Below, one piece after another: positions 57,963-64,000 of a stretch of 64,000 nt of DNA. Position 1 is the stretch's first letter. Every line of letters begins with the position of its first letter. A program made the translations under genes and the position numbers. Origin of the DNA: a virus. The notes under the pieces were generated by a model. The model saw only the letters and a program-made list of their open reading frames with translations. It searched no databases and was not told the origin of the DNA. The stretch lies in the IMG/VR virus record IMGVR_UViG_3300032323_002909, positions 32,001-96,000 of that record; one strand, given 5' to 3'.

Positions 57963-58244
57963 ATGTCTAATAATATCCAAAACAACGATAAGCACATCCA
58001 CGGTGATGTGCAAGCCACTAATGTAACAGAAGCGACTACGCCGTTGGATGATGCGTCTTGTTGTGCTTCGGATTTTCAAGCTAGAAAGGATGCTGTATGC
58101 CGAGAATTGGTCGAACATCTAAGAAACATTCCGAGACAACAACCAGTAGGTGAAGAAATCCAAACCGTCTGGACACCATTTGTGGAGAAATTCAAAGAAA
58201 TAGGGAAACGATTCGATGAATCATTCAGAGGAATCTCCCAATGA
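57963..58244 (+). CDS. hypothetical protein whose N-terminus reads through attC-like site A
   Basis: TAAATA-AACAAC-ATG; 93 aa. Confidence 0.5.
   Translation: MSNNIQNNDKHIHGDVQATNVTEATTPLDDASCCASDFQARKDAVCRELVEHLRNIPRQQPVGEEIQTVWTPFVEKFKEIGKRFDESFRGISQ
57980..58066 (-). repeat. 87-bp attC-like site, copy A
   Basis: Minus strand: GCACAAC-AAGAC-GCATCATC...GATGTGC-TTATC-GTTGTTT; direct repeat of 58439..58525. Confidence 0.7.
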
Positions 58245-58376
58245 CATCGACAATTCCAATATAATTTCTTCAATTTTTTGTTTGATCTTCTCCTTAATAT
58301 GATCAGGAACTTCCGCACTATTCAACTTTTCGGTTAAAGTATCGATTTGTTTGATTGTTCTTTCGTAATTTGCCAT
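58221..58376 (-). CDS. 51-aa helical protein inside putative gene cassette (absent from ORF track)
   Basis: Translated by hand: MANYERTIKQIDTLTEKLNSAEVPDHIKEKIKQKIEEIILELSMSLGDSSE. Confidence 0.55.
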   Translation of the reverse strand: MANYERTIKQIDTLTEKLNSAEVPDHIKEKIKQKIEEIILELSMSLGDSSE

Positions 58377-58438
58377 ACGCTTGTTATTTGCGCTCGCGAT
58401 GATAAATCATAACGGAGGAGTGTCTAGGGGATTATTTG

Positions 58439-58525
58439 GCACAACGATAAGCACATCCACGGTGATGTGCAAGACCCAAATGTGACAGAAGCGACTACAC
58501 CGTTGGATGATGCGGCTTGTTGACA
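58439..58525 (-). repeat. 87-bp attC-like site, copy B
   Basis: Minus strand: TGTCAAC-AAGCC-GCATCATC...GATGTGC-TTATC-GTTGTGC; 6 mismatches to copy A over the internal 82 nt. Confidence 0.7.
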
Positions 58526-58547
58526 TTCATGATGTTTGTGTTATACT
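58520..58547 (+). promoter_or_regulatory. sigma70-type promoter TTGACA-N16-(TGn)TATACT of DNA polymerase
   Basis: Near-consensus boxes; ATG follows at 58554. Confidence 0.75.
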
Positions 58548-58553
58548 CGATCC

Positions 58554-61082
58554 ATGTCTTATAGAAATTGTGTGTATAACAACCGTGAACAAAAGATTTT
58601 TTTATGGACTTGGAATGATAATGGTGAGAGGGTTAAAGAGGAATGGGATTTCAAGCCATACATTCTACTAGAAGATAAAAATGGTGATGAAAAATCTATT
58701 TACGGCACCAAATTAAAGAAAAAAGAATTCAATAGTGGGTATGATCGTAATCAATTTATAAAAGATAGTAATATCAAAAGAATTTACGAGAACCTACCAC
58801 CTTACCAACAATTCTTAATTGACAATTATTGGTTTGTGTGCGAAAACGACGAATTTTCACAACATCCATTAAAAGTTGCTTATTTAGACTTGGAAAACCC
58901 GAAGGCAGATGGGTTCCCTGATCCTGTATTGGCAGATTCGGTTATCAACTTGATAACTTGCTACGATTCCTTCAGCAAAATATATCATGTATTCGGTTTG
59001 AAAAATTTCCATACGACGAGAGATGATGTGAAATATTATTGGTGTAAATCCGAACACGATTTGTTGAAATCTTTTATTAAATTCTTTAGAAAAGAAGAGT
59101 TTGATGTCATCACATCATGGAACGGTGCAGCATACGATATACCCACGTTAGTGAATCGTGTTACGTTTGAATTGGGTAAAGAATGGGCTGATAAATTATC
59201 CCCAATTGGAAGGATTTATGAGAAGACTAATCCCACTGGTAAATTTGGTATGCCCACCAAAGAATATGTCATCGAGGGTATTTCATCATTGGACTACTAT
59301 GTGATATATCAAAAATTTAATTTGGAAAAACAAGAGTCATATAAACTCGATCATATCGGAGAGGTAGAACTCGGCATTAACAAAATCCAACACGAAGGTA
59401 ATTTGTGGGAACTTTCCAAAAACGATTGGTATACTTACACCAACTACAACATACGAGATGTTGAAATTTTGGTAAAACTAGAAGAGAAAAAGGGTTATAT
59501 TTCACTATTGCGTTTCCTCGCATACACAGGATTGTGTGATTTGGAAAATGCTATCAAGACTGTCCCTCCTATGAATGGAGCTATCGCCATACGTGCGCGT
59601 ATGCGTGGAGAGTATATTCCCACTTTCATACGTCCAGTCACTGACTACAAAGCACCAGGTGGATACGTAGCAGATCCACGTATTGGATTTGCTGAAGATA
59701 TTGTATCATTCGATGCCAATTCGCTATACCCATCTGTAATGATATCTTTGAATTTATCACCAGAGACTAAAATAGGTAGGGTTGAAAAAATTAATGATAT
59801 CATCAAAATCCATCATGTATCGGGTCGAATTTTTGAGATGTCTTCGGATAATTTTAAGAAATATATCACCGAAGAAAAAGCATCATTGACAAAAGCTGGT
59901 TTCTTATTCTCGCAGAAAAAAGTTGGATTGGTTCCCGAATTCTTGGACAACCTTTACACCAAACGTAAAGAAATGAAGGGTAAAATGTTGGATTGTAGAA
60001 AAAAAGGCGATAAAGAGGGCGAACAAAAATTCGATACTATCCAGTATGCCTATAAAATTCACCTTAATTCTTTATATGGTTACATGTTAAACAAATATGC
60101 CCCCATGGGTGATGAAGACATAGGAACATCTGTTACTCTAACTGGTCAAGCTGTAATCAAAAAGAGTAATGAATTATTTTTGGATTACATGACACAGAGA
60201 CTCAACACTACTGTCGATATTGAAAAATCATTGATATACAACGATACTGACGCATTATATGTCTCGTTGAGCATGTTGAAAGCTAAAGGTTTGGTGTTGA
60301 AAGATGGTGATAAGGTATCGACAGAATTTTACAAAGAGTGTCAGGATATTGAAAATCACATCAATAGCGGTATTAACAAATGGGCTATCAAGAGTTTGAG
60401 AAGTAATGACCCTAGATTTGTATTCAAACGTGAATCCATTTGTGACCGTGGTATCTTCATTGGTAAGAAATATTATGTCCTACACACTCTCGACGAAGAA
60501 GGTGTCGTTACTGATAAATTCAAATATAAAGGCGTTGATGTTGTTAAAACTACTATGCCTAAAAAGGTCAAACCATATGTCAAGAAAGTCATTGAGCATA
60601 TGATCCTATCAAAATCGTTGAAAGAAACCAACGATATTTTCAATGAAGCATACGAAGCATTTAAAAATTTATCAATTGAGGAAATATCCAAAATATCTGG
60701 CATGAATAATTATGCAGAATATTCTGCAAGATGTAATGGTATGACAACCTGTAAAGGTATGCCATCTCATTTAAAAGCCGCATATTATCATGATTTAATT
60801 TTAGACCAAGTTGGATTGGTATCGAAATATGATAAATTTAAAACTGGTGATAAGGTTCGAATCGTATACGTGAAAAAACCCAATCGTTATGATATTGATA
60901 TGATAGGATTCAAAGACCGATGGATACCAGAATATGATAATATTTTCAAGGTGGATTATGAAAAAATGTTTGGTAAAATATTCTATGCTGCCATCGAAAG
61001 ATTTTATAATGCCGTAAGGTGGACATTACGAAAACCAACTGAAAACTTAGTCGTTGAAATTGAGGATATTTTTGGAGAATAA
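58554..61082 (+). CDS. gp43: family B DNA polymerase
   Basis: Exo DLE, WNGAAYDIP, YNIRDV; pol SFDANSLYPS, KIHLNSLYG, YNDTDA, KKYY; start at ATG 58554. Confidence 0.96.
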   Translation: MSYRNCVYNNREQKIFLWTWNDNGERVKEEWDFKPYILLEDKNGDEKSIYGTKLKKKEFNSGYDRNQFIKDSNIKRIYENLPPYQQFLIDNYWFVCENDEFSQHPLKVAYLDLENPKADGFPDPVLADSVINLITCYDSFSKIYHVFGLKNFHTTRDDVKYYWCKSEHDLLKSFIKFFRKEEFDVITSWNGAAYDIPTLVNRVTFELGKEWADKLSPIGRIYEKTNPTGKFGMPTKEYVIEGISSLDYYVIYQKFNLEKQESYKLDHIGEVELGINKIQHEGNLWELSKNDWYTYTNYNIRDVEILVKLEEKKGYISLLRFLAYTGLCDLENAIKTVPPMNGAIAIRARMRGEYIPTFIRPVTDYKAPGGYVADPRIGFAEDIVSFDANSLYPSVMISLNLSPETKIGRVEKINDIIKIHHVSGRIFEMSSDNFKKYITEEKASLTKAGFLFSQKKVGLVPEFLDNLYTKRKEMKGKMLDCRKKGDKEGEQKFDTIQYAYKIHLNSLYGYMLNKYAPMGDEDIGTSVTLTGQAVIKKSNELFLDYMTQRLNTTVDIEKSLIYNDTDALYVSLSMLKAKGLVLKDGDKVSTEFYKECQDIENHINSGINKWAIKSLRSNDPRFVFKRESICDRGIFIGKKYYVLHTLDEEGVVTDKFKYKGVDVVKTTMPKKVKPYVKKVIEHMILSKSLKETNDIFNEAYEAFKNLSIEEISKISGMNNYAEYSARCNGMTTCKGMPSHLKAAYYHDLILDQVGLVSKYDKFKTGDKVRIVYVKKPNRYDIDMIGFKDRWIPEYDNIFKVDYEKMFGKIFYAAIERFYNAVRWTLRKPTENLVVEIEDIFGE

Positions 61083-61104
61083 TAAAACTGTGATAAATAG
61101 TTGT

Positions 61105-61470
61105 ATGGAATTTACAAATTTATTTGAAAAACTTATGACAAAACTTACGGATACTATGTTCCCTACTTTTGTCAAAAAAAGAGCAGAGGGTGCTAAAAAA
61201 ATAGAAGATACCGCTAGAAGTAAAGGGATGTATGCTATCCTCACAGCATATCATTTTGCAGGTAAAGTCAAACCTTATGCCGATGCTTTGAAGAAAGCTG
61301 CTAATGAAGATAAAGAATCTCACTTTAAAGAAAAGTATAAGGAAGCTTATGACAAACTTAAAGATTTAGATTCTCTTTCGCAAAAAGATTTTCAAATGAT
61401 TACAGGAACTTTGGAAGCATATGGTGAAGTCTACATTCAAGTAAAGAAACCGAAAGATTATTCAAAATAA
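61105..61470 (+). CDS. hypothetical late protein
   Basis: TAAATA-GTTGT-ATG at 61105. Confidence 0.6.
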   Translation: MEFTNLFEKLMTKLTDTMFPTFVKKRAEGAKKIEDTARSKGMYAILTAYHFAGKVKPYADALKKAANEDKESHFKEKYKEAYDKLKDLDSLSQKDFQMITGTLEAYGEVYIQVKKPKDYSK

Positions 61471-61540
61471 TTCTTGCTTTGTATTTGAAACATGATAAAT
61501 ACTCTTGTCAGGCACAACACCCTGACATTACACAAACACA

Positions 61541-61777
61541 ATGAACAACAAAAATGCATACGAGATAAGGCTCGATATATTGAGCATAGCACATGGTGAT
61601 CTAATGACAGTTTTTCAAGAAAAGCTGCATAACGCCAAAAAGAGAATGGTCGGTGATCAAGACGATTGTTGGGTAGAGGATAAAATTGATGACAAGGTTA
61701 TCGGTGATTTGCTTCCAACTTCAGCAGAAATTATTAAACGCGCTAAAGAATTATACGCATTTGTGGAAAATGCATAA
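61541..61777 (+). CDS. conserved T4-like hypothetical protein
   Basis: KNAYEIRLDIL..A...P...EII..A..LY.FV pattern. Confidence 0.65.
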   Translation: MNNKNAYEIRLDILSIAHGDLMTVFQEKLHNAKKRMVGDQDDCWVEDKIDDKVIGDLLPTSAEIIKRAKELYAFVENA

Positions 61778-61785
61778 AGATGGCT

Positions 61786-61853
61786 GATAGGTCGCTCCTA
61801 TCTGATCTGGAATACGCAGGAGGAAGTCCAGTGAGAATGTATATAAACCCTGC
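61786..61853 (+). ncRNA. candidate structured RNA (hairpin plus H-type pseudoknot)
   Basis: GATAGG/CCTATC hairpin; crossing stems CTGGA/TCCAG and GCAGG/CCTGC; GC-rich intergenic island. Confidence 0.35.
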
Positions 61854-61862
61854 ACAATTTTT

Positions 61863-62078
61863 ATGATTTTGCAACTAAATCCCGCCATACCTATGGATAC
61901 CCCCAAAGGTAAAGGATATGCTCATTTTCTTATAGATTATTCACAAGAACATGATTTATTTTGGGTTGTTTTCATAAATGACACAAAAGAATGCTGGACT
62001 TTTAAAAATTCTGTGATAAAAATAGAGAACAACGCGACATTGACAAATAATTATGACAATACAAGAGGCATACAATAA
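61863..62078 (+). CDS. conserved phage hypothetical protein
   Basis: QLNP.IP..TPKG.G.A..LIDY..EHDL.WVV..ECWT pattern. Confidence 0.65.
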   Translation: MILQLNPAIPMDTPKGKGYAHFLIDYSQEHDLFWVVFINDTKECWTFKNSVIKIENNATLTNNYDNTRGIQ

Positions 62079-62304
62079 AGGTTTGAACGATGCGGAAAAT
62101 AATGTTATTAATAACTTTATCAATATTTTAAATGATAAAGAATTTGATATTGCTTTTCCTAATCCTAAATTGGAAATCGTTCGAAAAGTAATTAAGGAGA
62201 GATCCGATTATTACTTTAAGATGGCTGAAGGATCTCATGGCATAGCCAGAGGTTTTCAGAAAAAAATAGAAACCCACAAATTAGAGCTTGAAAAAGCCAA
62301 ATAA
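62053..62304 (+). CDS. hypothetical protein
   Basis: Overlapping ORF in operon. Confidence 0.55.
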   Translation: MTIQEAYNKGLNDAENNVINNFINILNDKEFDIAFPNPKLEIVRKVIKERSDYYFKMAEGSHGIARGFQKKIETHKLELEKAK

Positions 62305-62329
62305 TATACTAAATTGAGATATAACAAAT

Positions 62330-62671
62330 ATGAAAAGTACATACGTAGCATTAATTGATCAGGTTGGACGGAATATCATCGGCACACTTGTTTCGCAAAC
62401 GGAAACAAGTATCACCCTATATAATCCAGTAATTCTTTACACCCAACCGACACAGAACAAACAACTTCAAGTTCAGAGTTTTCCAGTATTCTTTTTTGAA
62501 TTCATTTCGAAAGAGCATCGCGATCAAAACAATTGGACTTATCCTAAATCCTCTGTGGTGATTAGTGATGTGGTACTGGATGATAACATTATCAAACAAT
62601 ACCTCACTATTAACACCCCATCAATGCCTGAGCCTGAAAAAGGTAAAATCGTGAGTATCGAAGATCTATAA
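62330..62671 (+). CDS. hypothetical protein (possible Sm-like fold)
   Basis: G..IIG.L......ITL.NP pattern. Confidence 0.55.
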   Translation: MKSTYVALIDQVGRNIIGTLVSQTETSITLYNPVILYTQPTQNKQLQVQSFPVFFFEFISKEHRDQNNWTYPKSSVVISDVVLDDNIIKQYLTINTPSMPEPEKGKIVSIEDL

Positions 62672-62672
62672 T

Positions 62673-63779
62673 ATGGATAAAGAAATTGCATCAATTTTGG
62701 ACAGCTTAAATGATGTTGTCCCATATTCAGCCTACCTTTCAGAATCAACCCTTTCATCTGTAGATGATTGGATTGATACTGGAAGCATGGTTTTGAATGC
62801 GCTTATTTCTGGTTCATTGTATGGTGGCGTTCCAAAAGGTCGCATCACCCAATTTGCAGGTCCTTCTCAGAGTTTTAAATCTGGTATTGTCCTTAACATC
62901 TTGGCAAATGCTCAGAAAAAAGGCATGATTCCAGTGATTTTTGATACCGAAGGCGCAATTGACCCTGAATCAGCTGCAAAATTCGGTTTAGATATTGCTA
63001 AAGTAAAATATGTAGGTTGTGAATCGGTTGAACAAACTCGAAACGCCATCTACAAATTTCTTAAAAATGTTCGAGATAAGAAACAATTTGGTAAGTTTAT
63101 TATCGCAATTGATTCCTTGGCGAATTTGAATTCTGAAATGGAATTAACACGCATGGACAAAGATTCTATGTCTGCTGATATGGGAACATTTGCCAAGTCT
63201 GTAAAGAGTCTTTTGAAGACATGCACAAACATGTCTACTTTGACTAAAACTCCTATCATTATTACAAATCATGTTTATGATGATCCTAGTGCAATGTATC
63301 CATCTTTAGAGAAGAATATGCCAGGCGGTAAAGCGGCGGTTTATCTTCCTTCTGTGACAGTTCAACTGGCTCGTAAACTTGTTAAAGATGGTGAATTGAA
63401 ACAGGTTAATGATAAGCTTTCGGCATCACAAAAGAATTATTCTGGTGTTGTCATTAGAATGCTTACTGTTAAAAATAGATTCGTTAAACAATACCTTGAA
63501 GGTGAAATGTATTTATCTTTCAGTAAAGGTTTGAATAAATATTATGGATTGGTTGACATTATGAAAGGTATGGGAGTTATTACCAACTCTGGTTCAGCTT
63601 ATTCTGATTGGGAGGGTAATAAACTTGGATATCTTAAGGTTTGGTCGAAAGACATTGACTTATGGGAAAACAAATTGCTCCCAGAACTCGAAAAACGTGT
63701 TAAAATTCACTGGGCATATGGTTCATCTCCCGATGAAGACGATTTGACTTCTCTGGAAGATGATGATGGTGAAGAATAA
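62673..63779 (+). CDS. uvsX: RecA-like recombinase
   Basis: IDTGS..LNALISGSLYGG.P, AGPSQSFKS, FDTEGA, IDSL, TNHVY, GG. Confidence 0.93.
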   Translation: MDKEIASILDSLNDVVPYSAYLSESTLSSVDDWIDTGSMVLNALISGSLYGGVPKGRITQFAGPSQSFKSGIVLNILANAQKKGMIPVIFDTEGAIDPESAAKFGLDIAKVKYVGCESVEQTRNAIYKFLKNVRDKKQFGKFIIAIDSLANLNSEMELTRMDKDSMSADMGTFAKSVKSLLKTCTNMSTLTKTPIIITNHVYDDPSAMYPSLEKNMPGGKAAVYLPSVTVQLARKLVKDGELKQVNDKLSASQKNYSGVVIRMLTVKNRFVKQYLEGEMYLSFSKGLNKYYGLVDIMKGMGVITNSGSAYSDWEGNKLGYLKVWSKDIDLWENKLLPELEKRVKIHWAYGSSPDEDDLTSLEDDDGEE

Positions 63780-64000
63780 ATGAAAGTCCGCGAAGGAATA
63801 CATTTGTTTAATGGTGATTGCTTGGAAGTTCTAAAAAAGCTTCCAAGCGATTCTATTGATTTGATTTTGGCAGATCCCCCATATGAACAAAATATTCGTC
63901 TTAAATGGGATAAAATGATCGACTTTGAAACTCTTTGGGTCGAGCTTGGTAGAATAGCTAAAGACAAAAGCCCAATAGTTTTAATGGGTAATCAACCATT
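63780..64000 (+). CDS. N6-adenine/N4-cytosine DNA methyltransferase (beta class), 3'-truncated by window edge
   Basis: Translated by hand: MKVREGIHLFNGDCLEVLKKLPSDSIDLILADPPY..KWDK. Confidence 0.85.
   Translation, partial: MKVREGIHLFNGDCLEVLKKLPSDSIDLILADPPYEQNIRLKWDKMIDFETLWVELGRIAKDKSPIVLMGNQP

Noticed and set aside
57906-58318. Minus-strand ORFs 57906..58118 and 58076..58318
   Set aside because: No start signals; they overlap the better-supported 57963..58244 and 58221..58376 ORFs
57980-58525. CRISPR array interpretation of the direct repeats
   Set aside because: Only two copies, 87 bp long, with a 372-bp coding spacer and no cas genes
1391-61082. Introns or inteins in nrdA, nrdB, gp46, uvsW or gp43
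   Set aside because: ORFs are continuous and of normal length, without splice or intein motifs
61778-61862. tRNA or hammerhead ribozyme in the intergenic gap
   Set aside because: No cloverleaf, T-loop or CCA; CTGA is present but the CUGANGA/GAAA core is incomplete
1-64000. Stop-codon reassignment (TAG/TGA recoding)
   Set aside because: Core genes are full length in the standard code; the one break is a homopolymer frameshift

Overview
AT-rich 64 kb segment of a large T4-like (Tevenvirinae/Kyanoviridae-type gene set) myophage, read in the standard genetic code. Left to right: amidase (partial), ClpP-like protease, class Id-type ribonucleotide reductase (nrdB-nrdA), a split gp5-like baseplate hub/spike, head genes (gp23, gp22, gp67-like, gp21, gp4), a fibre region ending in five tandem paralogous lectin-like genes, neck/portal/tail terminator (gp13, gp20, gp15), AAA ATPase, DinG helicase, GroES-like gp31, gp62, an ~12 kb, 13-gene NDP-sugar/glycosyltransferase island, PhoH, a block of small late proteins, a very AT-rich intergenic region at the transcription divergence point, then uvsY, uvsW, gp55, gp47, gp46, a further glycosyltransferase, DNA polymerase gp43, uvsX and a DNA methyltransferase (partial). 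Three free-standing homing-type endonucleases are present, one of them frameshifted. Most notable: (1) two 87-bp integron attC-like sites with the cassette-boundary signature just upstream of the polymerase, one supplying its -35 box; (2) a candidate virion O-glycosylation system, inferred from the sugar island plus heavy enrichment of a hydrophobic-S/T-A/G tripeptide in exposed virion proteins; (3) an ArfA-like KKGKGSY motif fused to the gp67-like core protein; (4) near-universal leaderless promoter-ATG architecture; (5) a candidate R-loop origin with a G-rich transcript start. All family assignments come from motif recognition by eye, with no database searches.
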